Shown here one piece after another: positions 16,901 through 25,800 of a DNA stretch of 28,629 nt. The translations under genes and the position numbers were made by a program. Position 1 is the first letter of the stretch; the number at the start of each line of letters is the position of its first letter. This DNA comes from a virus (lineage: Duplodnaviria; Caudoviricetes), in IMG/VR virus record IMGVR_UViG_3300020472_000127, positions 1 through 28,629 of that record; one strand, given 5' to 3'. Below the pieces are notes generated by a model. The model saw only the letters and a program-made list of their open reading frames with translations. It did not search any database and had not been told where the DNA came from.

Positions 16901-18267
16901 TAAATGGAGTAGTTCAAGATCCTGGCGATTCTTATACTTTTGATGGAGGAACTTCCTTTGTATTCATGACTCCACCTGGTCCTGAAGATAATATCTCAAT
17001 ATTCTTCTATAAAGGAACAAATGGGATTGACAGTGTATTAGTTGGTGCGGGTTCATCATTATTCCCAACAATTAAGGATGGAGATGTTTTACAAGTATCT
17101 AAGTATGCAACTGCTGGTATAACAACTACTCAAGATCCAAGAACAATTTACTCTGTTGCTGCATCAGATAAGGTAGAAACCAATCTATATGGTGGAGTAG
17201 GTATTGATGAAGTCAATTTCAAACCAGCAAACTGGACTAAGCAGAAGGTTGATAAAAAAGTCGGTGGTGATATTGTTTATAAGTCAAGAGATTCTATAGA
17301 ATCATTAGTATATCCAACATCTAGAATAATTGGAGATTTAACTACAACTGACACTCAATTATTTGTTGATAATGGAAAATTCTTCAGATATGAACAAGAT
17401 TTTGGTTCTCTTACAATTAATAGTGTTGGTGGACTAATTGTTAGTGGAGAGACTCCAGTTGCTGCAGGATTAACTGCAACAGTAGGTGCTGGAGGAACAA
17501 TATCTACATTAACAATAACAAGTGGTGGTAGTGGATATGTAGGAGCAACAACTTCTATTTCAATATCTGCACCTCATGCTATTGGAGTTGGGGTAGGAAC
17601 AACTGCTACTGCAACAGCAACTATTACAAACGGAATAATAACTGGTACTACTATAACAAACGGTGGTATTGGATATACAGTTACTGCTCCTCCTCAAGTA
17701 ATAGCTCCTTTCCCATCATGGACTAAGGAAGATATTGATACAATTACAACAATGCAGGGATATGATGGTACTATTACTGGAATTGCAGTAACTGATGGAA
17801 TAGGATCCCATGATCTCGCAATTAAGTTTAATATCACTAGAGATACTGCAGGTAATCCTAATACTAGTGATACAGATCTTCAAGTTGGATATCCAATTTA
17901 CATCTTCGATACTCAAGTCGGTCACGGTGTAACATCAGTCAATAGTAACAATGCTGCAGTTGTTGGAGTTGGAACAACTTGTGTGGATAATATCTACATC
18001 GTAAGTGCATTCAATGCAGGTGTTGGTATTATTACCTGTAATGTTGATACTGGAATTACCAGTACTGGAATTAGTACTTCTGTTGGAATAGGAAGTGCAA
18101 TTGGTGGATTCTCTTGGGGAAGATTATCAGGATTCAGTAGATCTACTGATCCAGTTTCTATTGGTGTAACAGGTCGGATTACATCAGGATTGTCTACTTA
18201 TCCAACAATCCAAAGAAGAGATTACGGACTCAGAAGCACTGGTGCTGCGAGAAAGGATCTTGGCTAG
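4984..18267 (+). CDS. gp7: Giant baseplate wedge initiator, gp7-like multidomain virion protein (4427 aa)
   Basis: Lies between gp6 and gp8. N-terminal QLPEF..FLKQYY and FIKE...LYQSKGTEESFRILF.ILY fit the gp7/P2 gpI-like core. Long beta-rich G/T/S repeat body; ATGA overlap with gp6. Confidence 0.8.
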   Translation: MITTGFDKRVQVQQIIDNQLPEFLISESPKAVDFLKQYYISQEYQGGNIDITDNLDQYLRLDNLTPEVIVAETTLSTGIDVSATTVDVATTKGFPSEYGLFKIDDEVFTYTGITTNSFIGCVRGFSGITTYHSEDNPGELVFSDTSATIHSSGATVNNLSALFLKEFYKKTKAALTPGLEDTEFVSNLDVSNFIKESHSLYQSKGTEESFRILFNILYNVTPKVVDLEQYLLKPSAAEFIRRELVLAEVISGDVNALVGQTIVKSTDSATRASISEVEPFTRNGKTYYKLGLFVGFNDVDLIEGTFNITGKTKVINPVSVGSSVITVDSTIGFGATGTVICGVNTSVSYSSKSINQFFGCSNITDPIKVSDDLRSDEVYFGYEGGDVTKRVEFRITGVLSKFVPVSDIKLSSVGEKITVKNVGEKILNPDSDKTKKEIFVNTWIYNTSSRFRIDNITGSTAVLFTRDIDKSSIKIDDELEILLRDSEIIVATGVVGNITPSTGSVDIDNLVLASGQASLPAAGEEYDLRRKLKRAFSSAEDIEFGNYTLTSDVSNVYNKADTDFYVASNSLPAYDITTSLAKGVLPEATSVAPTYYLQGYSNATLNYSILSFPSNLPFITGDEVYYEAQSTEMPGLSTGVYYVEVLTNANQIRLYTSRSFIPIGDCVKFNVLSAGSGTHTFTLVSSRNKKIGAQKLLKKFPLNTNLKNGKGTKTNPGTTGMLVNGVEITNYKSDNKIFYGPIENVKIFNTGSGYDALNPPNLSVSSPGTGTTALVHPVMNGTVTDVLVDPQNFDIDKVISVTIAGGNGEGAILAPVIGKRKREIFFDARLHTNAGGININTDTLTFLDSHNLSNAQPISYFRDNNPAVGIGSFFGSNLDQSKTLIDNAVYYPQIVNALTIKLYETLSDYNAGINTVGFTTVGKSGTHRFKVFNEENTLKDIRVINPGSGYQNRELKVKPIGINTITSMINFVNHGFNEGDKIVYDTAVGVGSTIPTKISELVKYTGITTTSNFYQVIKITDDKFRLSNAGLGGTITSNYVRNNYIKFTDKGTGYQVFKYPNIKLDIKYELANTNVGVITATPLVRGPIVDAYLYEKGTGYGSEVLNLEKTATITVKTGKEAELKPIITDGKVTYVEIQNGGKEYTAAPDLSLVGIGTGLGGKLRAVVTGGKITDVIIVDPGSKYQQDKVSINVVSPGKNVKIEPSIRGLTVNNFSRYGNESLIETTDQLEYSFVGYSTAIGNDVYSDNGLKHSPIIGWAYDGNPIYGPYGYNDGKDENSGIRILEAGYVANTSKIEDRPAISSFGSGFFVEDYEFDGSGDLDEYNGRYGRTPEFPNGIYAYFAGITTDTRLARFPYFIGDKFRSNVVEENYSINQRDFDFKAHNLIRNTYPYKVSDPYADNDFIIESNEIIDQTSIIEGTTKGNIDSFQIVASGSGYKMGDALRFDNTGTSGGGLSAQIVRIKGKDINNIDTEIKNYNDPIFIWKNSNEVSAYISTSHPLITNENIAISGIRTEGTLGDTSTFTIKNLAGTHRIGVTTVRTVLFQDVPTSAATGIVTDIYVSTIPEQISVGSSITIGTEKLKVLKTFNTRSIIRVQRGVAGAAHTSSSFVDLVPSYLTIPVETPYFDSKIDDVEYFNPHQSIGLGTAVGVGTTTLYTRGEVSEVVDIPNYSIYLPNHPFKTAQEVVLRKPAAGYALTVTTDEDATRWLLPDPANGNSQTVYVINKSPDYIGIATQVGLTTNTSGVAFISNGNRVGSSDFRYSLESNFTQITGNLQQITATVGVSTAHGLLKGDEISFNVKPDQSVGIGTSVSIDVRYDELNETVLINPISTNSSGVNVGLNQFTLTSHGYKTGDKVYYTSPSVAGGLTDKRTYYVYNQGNNDFKLCDTRLDAFSVPPLIKDITSNGGGSAKHEFSLVNPRISVLENNNLVFDVSHPSLSGYDFKLFHDNEYKNEFVSTGKTDSFTVTGVGTVGVTTTATLTLNYSNINPKSLFYNVQKSGFISTSDTDVSNYTNIKYGGSDYNGTYEVYGIGVTEFSVSLKEIPESLTYSQTNTSTLEYTTNSLTARGGVDRLQLNYGGAGYKKLPSFVSIASTEGINANVLPQSKNINRIDDVRILDPGYEYSSDPTLTPEAFVPPIVSVIDNTKLTAVQVLDGGSDYTSVPNIDLVNPDTGEKITNGYLEAFINQGSSSISGVNVILEPKGLTSVEHKVYPVDNSNGLSVSKAEYNPSTGIVTCTLTTPVLGFSTAPFAAGEKIFVEGIQQYTDNTITGGNGFNSPDNGYKFFEITTFSNTNPAELEYNLSGIATNPGVAKTTQNSYANIISISDYPTFTVTQARSDFDLGEKLLALIGTDYVEVDLTVTESNADSIKVNEDTPGAFNLVIGQLIKGVNSGTIATVNTVDLNKAQFEINYSLRQDQGWSDNIGKLNEDYQLLPDNDYYQNLSYTVKSPITYETLINPVNRLLHTSGLKNFADVGITSSVNAGVTAATEDFVIAVDLLEEKRVDTINNFDLTVDVDTASGKSKFLKFLNTKLSPYIECKTNRVLEIDNISPLFSNSEATLDPYAELPLDDDYANFLVQVRDPNTGNIQISDIVLFKDENDVFTIERAKVHSTPSELGELKAEMDSADNISLKFTPDNIYDNDYDIKIFKSSFNTDLSGIGTQSVGFVDLTGINKLVSAGTSQLIIQDNTTDIDAYFASIEVVDKVTTQSNYVELYLTHDGTNVYTGEYYTDSEDGSISNFIGTFTSTISSNILSLTYENNTSNQVDVRTRIIGIGTTAAGIGTYRFKKTGQSDGTERTVNFETNYENPVGLGTTAVIQLEKNRISTVKSFVRVSTGNTSAMHQVMMAHDGTDSKVTTYPFLSIGSTSGIGTFTSEYSGSNWNLVFHPDAKFSSGSLQIQSFNEAIYTDSDLVNIPPDLQYGTVTDSLKLIQYNAINGTRVNRTDFEINHSGIPIFEKKFDPSDSAVLNLVTGVFTIQDHFFETGEKLIYTPNDTFLGGAITGIGTLTAGDMPTDVYAIRVNKDKFKLALSLAEADAGLGKTYTSAGSGNSHELEMSKKLEKSLISIDGVVQSPLAFTPVNTTLSYALNNSATIFGVAGITSIATNSIVKIDDEYMKVTNVGLGTTSVGPITNNGNVNVIEVERGFVGSSATSHSASASTRVYGGSYNMIGNKVHFTESLVGKNTTARNSSNLEFPRATFNGRVYLRKNYSTNAIFDDISDSFTGIGQTYRVTVGGANTTGITTGSSIVLMNGIFQDPSTTNNANNNYEYVGSASSTKISFTGITSSNGSLIIDEDNVNQNQLPRGGVIVSLGSTGGLGIAPLSGAKVKPTVNTNGSIIGICGIPTTGKTYGITTASYNNTTGEVEITTSTTHEFKEVNEPIKLSGLEFTCAGSLNVSNAVYNQTTGDLVLTVGSHNRPVGSGITFNNNSLTFKCNQDNYGSNHTYPRGATDPVGNGVTAYITATSANTLTVNVGVGTTAIHQFVSASNPAINFGGDHTGITTTFFPDAYADRSFPISGILSTRTFTANVGVSTIPHTYVGAGTVYEYHADLEWGSGYRNPVSVGVTDIAYEHKFVSAATGAVTGTGGPFTPTNAVYESHTGTLTLTIPSHGRSSGNVQIVDNSLTFTCSRDNYQTNHTYPRSTDPAGGSTNLPITVIDTDTLSVGVGSGGGAGTGAVVTATVVDNTHNYVGGTATGAIIPNAWGTTPLNVNAATYNPETGILVVTTTANHGLSASDTIGIKTSSLTFTCAQDNHNSNHSYPRVGDPIDGLINLAITTPAANTISVNVGKAPKGTGGALKFAITGVGADYVNPKIFVDSPSYSNLGITGVSRRGIGSTTDTGTGVKLSVAVGGANTVGIGSTSFTVTGFNIHNYGYNFREGDVFKPVGLVTSRFRNTSAMDDFELTVLDTYNDQFSSWNMGEFDYIDSIKDLQDGARTRFPLYYNSSLLSFEIDPNDQNSSLIDLNSLLLVFVNGVVQDPGDSYTFDGGTSFVFMTPPGPEDNISIFFYKGTNGIDSVLVGAGSSLFPTIKDGDVLQVSKYATAGITTTQDPRTIYSVAASDKVETNLYGGVGIDEVNFKPANWTKQKVDKKVGGDIVYKSRDSIESLVYPTSRIIGDLTTTDTQLFVDNGKFFRYEQDFGSLTINSVGGLIVSGETPVAAGLTATVGAGGTISTLTITSGGSGYVGATTSISISAPHAIGVGVGTTATATATITNGIITGTTITNGGIGYTVTAPPQVIAPFPSWTKEDIDTITTMQGYDGTITGIAVTDGIGSHDLAIKFNITRDTAGNPNTSDTDLQVGYPIYIFDTQVGHGVTSVNSNNAAVVGVGTTCVDNIYIVSAFNAGVGIITCNVDTGITSTGISTSVGIGSAIGGFSWGRLSGFSRSTDPVSIGVTGRITSGLSTYPTIQRRDYGLRSTGAARKDLG
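15040..16355 (+). repeat. About four copies of a ~100-aa module in gp7 (Y...TG.L.....H...SLTFTC..DN...NH.YPR..DP)
   Basis: SLTFKCNQDNYGSNHTYPRGATDP, SLTFTCSRDNYQTNHTYPRSTDP, SLTFTCAQDNHNSNHSYPRVGDP and a divergent GLEFTC copy. Confidence 0.85.
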
Positions 18268-18275
18268 TATAAATA
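18268..18275 (+). promoter_or_regulatory. T4-type late promoter
   Basis: Exact TATAAATA immediately after the gp7 TAG and 18 nt before the gp8 ATG. Confidence 0.85.
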
Positions 18276-18293
18276 CAGAAAAAAGCTGATAAT

Positions 18294-19859
18294 ATGGCTG
18301 CTATCGTAACAGATCAATTTAGAATACTGAATGCTAATAATTTTGTAGAGACAGTAGAAAACTCTACAAATTCTTATTACGTCTTTCTAGGTCTTGATAA
18401 CCCAACCAACGTTGGTTTTGGGAGAACATCTACATGGGATACAAACACTCCCAATCCTGTAGATAATTTCAATAATATGAATCATGTTGGTAACACCATG
18501 ATGTTTGGTAAGAAAGTAACAAGTGCTAATATTAGAAGGTTGGTGAAAAGAGTCAATTGGACTCAGGGATCAAGATATGAAATGTATCGTCATGATTACA
18601 GTATTACAAATCTTTCACCCATTACACGTTCTGCAAGATTATATGATTCAACTTATTATGTAATGAATAAGAATTATGATGTTTATATTTGTATTGATAA
18701 TGGTGCTACTGGAATAAGTACAACTGGTAATGCTTCACAAGATGAACCATTATTCACAGATTTGGAACCATCAAGAGCAGGTGAGAGTGGTGATGGATAT
18801 ATTTGGAAGTATCTTTTTACAGTTCCTCCTAGTGATATTATAAAATTTGATTCTACAGAATATATTTCTGTTCCTAATAATTGGTCTACTTCAACTGATG
18901 TACAAATACAATCTGTTAGGGAGAATGGTGATTCTGATTTAAATAATAATCAAATTAAGAAAATATATGTAGATCAACAAGGTTCTGGTTATTCACAGAA
19001 TGTTGTAGGTAAGGAAGTTGATGTTGTAGGTGATGGTACTGGTGCTAAAGTTGTTTTAGATACTAATAGTGCTGGTCAGATAACTAAAACTATTGTTTCT
19101 GCTGGTGGTAAAGACTATAGTTTTGGAATGGTTGATTTAGGACCAATTGGAAACTCTGCAGTTTCTGCTGGCAATTATGCTAAATTGATTCCAATTATCC
19201 CACCATCAAAGGGTCATGGATTTGATTTATATAAAGAATTGGGAACCGATAAGATTCTAATTTATGCTAGATTTGATGATTCTACTAGAGATTTCCCAGT
19301 TGATACTAAGTTTGCACAGATTGGAATTGTAAAGAATCCAACTGTAACTGGATCAGCAACTACATTTACTGACAATCAATATTCATCAGTAAATTCAGTT
19401 AAATTATCAACATCAAGTGGAAGTCCCACTATTGGTGAAAAAATCCAACAAACTGTAAGTGAAGGTACTGCAGAAGGATATATAGTATCCTATAGTACAG
19501 ATACTAAAGTATTAAAATACTACCAAGATAGGTCATTGTATTTTAATCAAACAACTTTAGATCAAACAGATTATGTTGGGGTTACTACAGAAGCTAAGGT
19601 TTTATCTTTTGAATCTTCAGCAAATAACATAGTTGCACCTGGAAGTGGATTCCAAGGATCCGTTGATACTAATTTCACTGGAATTAGTACAAACCCAACA
19701 GGTAACAAACTTATACCTCTCGGAGTTAACTTCACAAATGGACTCGCAAGTCCTGAGATAAATAAAGGGTCAGGTGAAATAATCTATCTAGACAATAGAC
19801 CTACTATCACCAGAAACTCTCGACAAAAAGAAGACGTTAAGATCATCTTGGAATTCTAA
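18294..19859 (+). CDS. gp8: Baseplate wedge subunit gp8
   Basis: MAAIVTDQFRILNA, YYVMN..Y.VY.CIDN, DGYIWKYLFT.PP.DI.KF.S.EY..VP and C-terminal SGEIIY.DNR..I.R...QKED.KIILEF match gp8. Confidence 0.92.
   Translation: MAAIVTDQFRILNANNFVETVENSTNSYYVFLGLDNPTNVGFGRTSTWDTNTPNPVDNFNNMNHVGNTMMFGKKVTSANIRRLVKRVNWTQGSRYEMYRHDYSITNLSPITRSARLYDSTYYVMNKNYDVYICIDNGATGISTTGNASQDEPLFTDLEPSRAGESGDGYIWKYLFTVPPSDIIKFDSTEYISVPNNWSTSTDVQIQSVRENGDSDLNNNQIKKIYVDQQGSGYSQNVVGKEVDVVGDGTGAKVVLDTNSAGQITKTIVSAGGKDYSFGMVDLGPIGNSAVSAGNYAKLIPIIPPSKGHGFDLYKELGTDKILIYARFDDSTRDFPVDTKFAQIGIVKNPTVTGSATTFTDNQYSSVNSVKLSTSSGSPTIGEKIQQTVSEGTAEGYIVSYSTDTKVLKYYQDRSLYFNQTTLDQTDYVGVTTEAKVLSFESSANNIVAPGSGFQGSVDTNFTGISTNPTGNKLIPLGVNFTNGLASPEINKGSGEIIYLDNRPTITRNSRQKEDVKIILEF
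19757..19764 (+). promoter_or_regulatory. Candidate late promoter embedded in the gp8 coding sequence
   Basis: GATAAATA within codons E-I-N-K, about 100 nt upstream of ATG 19866. Confidence 0.45.
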
Positions 19860-19865
19860 AGTAAA

Positions 19866-22800
19866 ATGCCACAAAAGACGAATTTAAATATAAATCCTTA
19901 TTACGACGATTTTAATAAGGAAGATAATTTTTACAAGGTATTATTTAAACCAGGACAACCTGTTCAGGCTAGAGAGTTAACGACTCTTCAGTCACAGTTA
20001 CAGAATCAAATAGAGTCTTTCGGTAGTCATATCTTTAAAGAAGGATCAATGGTGATCCCTGGTAATATTAACTATGATGGACAATATTATTCGATTAAGA
20101 TAACCGATGAACATTTAGGGATACCTGTAGCATTATATGCTGATAAATTAAAAGGTAAAAGATTAAAGGGAGAAGATACTGGTATTGTTGTAACTGTTGA
20201 TGACTATAAGGTAGCAGGAGATACTTCAGAAATAACACATTTTACACTTTTTGTTAAGTATGTTGAGTCTGGAGAAGATAATACAATAGACACATTAAAT
20301 AATGGAGAAAATTTATTAGTTGAAGAATCCTTTGTTTATGGAAATACTCCTATAAATGCAGGAGATTCTGTAGCAACTCTTATCGATGCTGATGCTTCAT
20401 CTACTGGATGTGCGGTTGCAATTGGTGCAGGTGTATACTTTATTCGTGGAACTTTTGTTGATGTTTCCAGTGATAAGTTAGTTTTAGATCCATATTCAAA
20501 TTCACCTTCTTATAGAGTTGGTCTGGATATACGGGAAGATATTATTACTGCTAAGGAAGATTCTCAATTATATGATAATGCTAGAGGGTTCTCAAACTTT
20601 GCAGCACCAGGTGCTGATAGGTTTAAGATTACAACCACTCTAATTAAAAAGAATCTATCTGATCAAAATGATACTAGTTTTGTAGAATTAGTTAGATTAG
20701 ATGGTGGAGAAATTAAGAAATTACAAAATAAATCACAATATTCAATAATTAAAGATTACTTTGCTCAAAGAACTTTTGATGAATCTGGAAATTATTCTGT
20801 AAAGCCATTTGAAGTAGAAATTGCTAATTCATTGAATGATGGTGTTTCTAATGAGGGTGTCTTTAGATCAACTCAAGTAACAGAACAAGGAAATACACCA
20901 ACTGATGATTTAATGGCAGTTAAGGTGTCTGCAGGAAAGGCATACGTTAAAGGATATGATAGTGAAAAGATTGGAACTACTGTATTAGATGTAGAAAAAC
21001 CAAGAGATAAGCAAACTGTAGATAGTTCTTTAGTTTCTTATGATTTTGGTACAAGATTGAGACTTAATAATGTTTTTGGAGCACCTCAAGCAACTGGTAC
21101 TAACTCAGCATCTGTAGTTAGTTTATTTGATCAAAGATCTGCTTCTGACACTGCAGGGACAGGAACTCAAATAGGTCAAGCAAAAGTTTATACATGTAAT
21201 TTAACTGATAGTCAATATACTAATGATTCTACTCAGTTTGATCTTTATGTTTATGATCTTCAGTTATGGTCAATAGTTACAACTAATATAGCATTATCTA
21301 ATACTCAGTTGCCAGCTGGTGCTTTTGTTAGAGGTGTAAGTAGTGGTGCAACTGGATATGCACACAATCAAGGTGGTGGAGGTACTACACAAGAACTTAC
21401 ACAAGTTTCTGGTACATTTGTTAGAGGTGAGCAGATAATAATTAATGAAGATCCATCAGTTACAGTATCATTAACTGCTGCAACTGCATATGGTATTAAT
21501 GATATTAAATCAGTTTACCAAGATACTAGTTCTATTTCTGGATACGCTGCTGATTTTGTAGCAGATACTGTTCTTGAGAATTGGTTACCAGAACAATTTA
21601 ATGTTGTTAATAATATTAGTATAACTGGTGCTGCTGCTACTGTAGCTGGAAAAAATTGGAGTGGTGTTAAAGAAGGAACAATCATTAAGTATATAAAACC
21701 TGCTGCAACAGTACCTACATTTAATAGGATTTCTGCAGTTGCTGCAGATCTAAATTCAGTAACTCTTGCTAGTTGTCCTAATATAACTGGTGTATGTGAT
21801 GGTACATTAGCACCAATTACTGGATATGAAGCACCTTCATTTGTTTTAGGTGTGGCAAGAGTTGGTCTTAATAATACTAAGGGTCTATATGCACCGTTAG
21901 CTCAGTTTGATGTATCTGATGTAAGTTTAGATAATTCTAATTTAATAATTGGAAGTCAAGTTACAGGTGAAAGCACTAATGGTAGTGGTGTATTAAGTGT
22001 TAATATCACTGCTACTGGTATATCTAGTGCTTTCTTTGAATCATTTGATGCTGAAAGATATAGTGTAATATATTCTAATGGTTCTCAAGGTGTAATTGAT
22101 TCAAGTCAATTTGTATTAGGTGCAGATGGACAATCATTTACTATTAATGGTTTAGCAACTAATCAGACTAATGTTGTAGTTAATACTACTGTTAAGAAAC
22201 AAGGTATTAAGAGTAAGAAGAAAGATTTCGTTAGAAGTCAAAGAAAGGATATATTACATACTTCTGTAGGTGTTAATACAGTAGGTAGTGGATTACCTCT
22301 TAATCTAAATTATGGTATAAGAATTGAAGATAAGGAAATCTCATTAGGTCTTCCAGATGTGGCAAATATAGTTGGTGTATATGAGTCAATAGATACTGCA
22401 AAGCCAATATTAGATAGATTAGTATTCGTTAGTGGTCTTAATTTAAATACTGCTGCTATTATTGGTGAAAGAGTTACTGGTTCAACTAGTGGAGCAGTAG
22501 CACAAATAACTGGAAGAATTAATGCAACTACTATTGAGATTGCTTACCTAACTCCTATGAAATTTGTAATAGGAGAACTTACCACTTTCTCCGAATCAAA
22601 TATTAGTACTAATCTACAAAATATAACAGTAGGAAGTTTCTTAAATATTACTGATAGGTTTGCCTTAGATAAAGGTCAAAGAGAAGAATTCTATGATTAC
22701 TCTAGACTAGTAAGAAGAGCAAATTTCCCAGCACCATGTAAGACTTTAAGTATAATCTTTAATAGTTTTGTTGTTCCTGCTGGTGATACTGGTGATGTTT

Positions 22801-25800
22801 ATACAGTAGAATCTTATAATGCAGAAAGATTCCAAAATGATATTCCTTATTTACCAAATGGATTAAGATCATCAGATACTTTAGACTTTAGACCAAGAGT
22901 AGTACCAACTAGTTCTACTACTACATGTCCATTTGTAGATGCTCAAAGAAATTTTGGAGCATCTGGAAATGTCAACTCAGCATTTATTGTTTCTCCAAAT
23001 GAAAGTTCATTAATAGGATACACATATTACCTACCAAGAATTGATAAGGTAATGTTAGATACTCTTGGAAATCTTTCTGTAATTAAAGGAACTTCTTCTT
23101 CTGATCCACAGGAACCACCAAATATTGAAAATGCAATGACAATTGCAACGGTTACGCTTCCTGCATACCTTTATGATCCACAAGATGCGATGATAAATCT
23201 TGTTGATAATATAAGATATACAATGAGAGATATTGGTGATTTAGAGGATAGAATTGATAATTTAGAAGTAGTTACTTCGTTGAGTCTATTGGAACTTGAT
23301 ACAAAGACTTTACAAGTTCAAGATGCTGATGGATTATCTAGATTTAAGACTGGATTCTTTGTAGATGACTTTAAAGATACTAATTTAATGGATAGGGGAA
23401 ATCCTGATTGTAAATCTGATATTAATACAGAGACTAAGGAATTAAATGTACCATTAGATTTTTATTCACTTAAACCTGAGTTAGCATTAAGACCTGATAT
23501 TAATACTGAAACTGCTGATTTTTCAACAAACTTACCATTAGTAGATACTAATGTTAGAAAAACTGGTGATCTACTTACTCTTGATTATACTGAAGTTGAT
23601 TGGATTGAACAACCATTAGCATCTAGAGTAGAGAATGTTAACCCATTTAATATGGTTGAATTTACTGGAATTATTCAATTAAGTCCATCTACTGATACTT
23701 GGGTTAGAACTGTACAAACTGATGGTGGTCAACGAGTACAAACTGGTAATGCTCTTCCAAGGCAAAGAGCAGGAGTGTTTGGGATGGTTGCAGGTGGAAT
23801 GGCAGCAGTTACCAATAGTATTAACGCAAGGAGAAATACAGAACCACCAAGAGGATCGGTGTTTGGTCTTGGAGCAGCAGCAGTAGTTAGAAGTGGTAGT
23901 GGTGGATCTAGTGGATCTTCTAATGGGGGTAATCGTTGGGCTGGTGGTTTATTCAGATCAGCAGCGAGAGCTGTTGCTAGTGTTCCACAGACCAACACTA
24001 GGGGAACAGTTATAGGAAGCTTTGTTGAATCTATTAAGACCAGTAGTCTTCCTGATACTCATATTAGATCAAGAAACGTTGCATTTGTTGGAAGAGCATT
24101 TAGACCTGTTGCTAGACACTATCCTTTCCTTGATAGTACTAGTGGAATTGACATAGTTCCAAAACTTGTCGAAATTTCTATGACAAATGGAACATTTGTT
24201 AAGGGTGAAGTTGTAGAGATTTATGCTCCTGATGGTACTCAGGCAGGAGTAATGAGAATTGCTCAACCAGACCATAAAGAAGGAAATATTAATACCCCTG
24301 AAGACACTTTTAATGCTAACCCATATAATACTTCAACTTCATTAGGAACTGCTTATTCAGCGTCCTCTACTGTTCTAAACATAGACATTGCTTCACTAAC
24401 TGATGAGGCAAGAGGTTCTTATTGGGGTTATATTCCAACTGGTACTGGAGTTGTTATATTAGGAAGAACTAGTGGTGCTGAAGCAACAGTAACTGATGTT
24501 AGATTGGTCTGTGACACTTATGGTGATATAATGGGATCATTCTGGTTCAGAGATCCAATAGCAAGTCCTCCACCACCATTAAGATGGAGAACAGGTACTA
24601 AGACATTTAAACTTACATCTAGTTCAACAAATGCTACACCTTTAAGAGGTAGTAAGTTGATTAGTAGTGGAGAAACATCATATACTGCTACTGGTATAGT
24701 AGAAACATTTAAAAATACCTTAGTTATTGTAAGAAGACCACCCCCACCACCAGAGCCTTGTGACCCTCTTGCACAGTCATTTACAACTGATGAATCAGGT
24801 GGATTCCTAACTTCTGTTGATCTTTATTTTGGTAATAAAGATGCAAATGAGAGAATAACAGTTCAGATAAGAACTGTTGAATTAGGTACACCTACAACTC
24901 AGGTTGTACAGGATTACGCTAGTATTACTTTAAATCCATCTCAAATTAACACGCATCCAAGTGGAGAAGTTTTAACGAAAGTAACTTTCCCATCTCCTGT
25001 TTATTTGGAACCACGTACTGAGTATGCAATAGTTCTTCTTGCTCCAACAACAAATAATTATGAAGCATGGATTGCTCAAATGGGTGAAAGGACTGTAAAC
25101 ACTCAGAGTTTACCAAATGCAGAATCTGTAATGGTTACTCGTCAGTATGTTGGTGGAAGTTTATTTAAGTCACAAAATGGATCTATTTGGACACCAAGCC
25201 AATTTGAAGATCTTAAGTTTAAACTTTATAAGGCACAGTTTGTAACTCAACCTGGTACTGCTTATTTCTATAACCAAAATCTTGGTTCTGGATCACAATC
25301 TATACCAAGATTGATGAGTAATGCTATTAAGACATTACCTAGAAAATTAAGAGTTCAACATACTGCTACAACTCATGCAGCAACTCTTGTTACTTTGGGT
25401 GTTGGTGCAAAGGTTAGTGAAGGTTCTGCTGGAGGAACTGGTCCAACTGGAATTATTGAAAGCGTTGGTGGTCCTATTTCTACAGGTTCAGTTACCAATG
25501 CTGGTTCTGGATATGATAATGCAACATATTCTAATGTTCCACTTTATAATGTAATTGGTAATGGTACTGGTGGACAAGCAACAGTTGTTGTTTCAGGTGG
25601 AGTTGTTGCCTCTATAAGTGCTTTTGGTGCAGCAGGTAATGGTTATGCCGTTGGTGATGTTGTAGGTCTTACTACTTCATCTGCTGGATTAAAAGGTACT
25701 GGTGCTGAATTAACTATCACAGCTACAACATCACAGGATACAATTTACCTGAAAGATGTTCACGGTGAAGAATTTACTGCTGGTCAAGATTTAGTTTATT

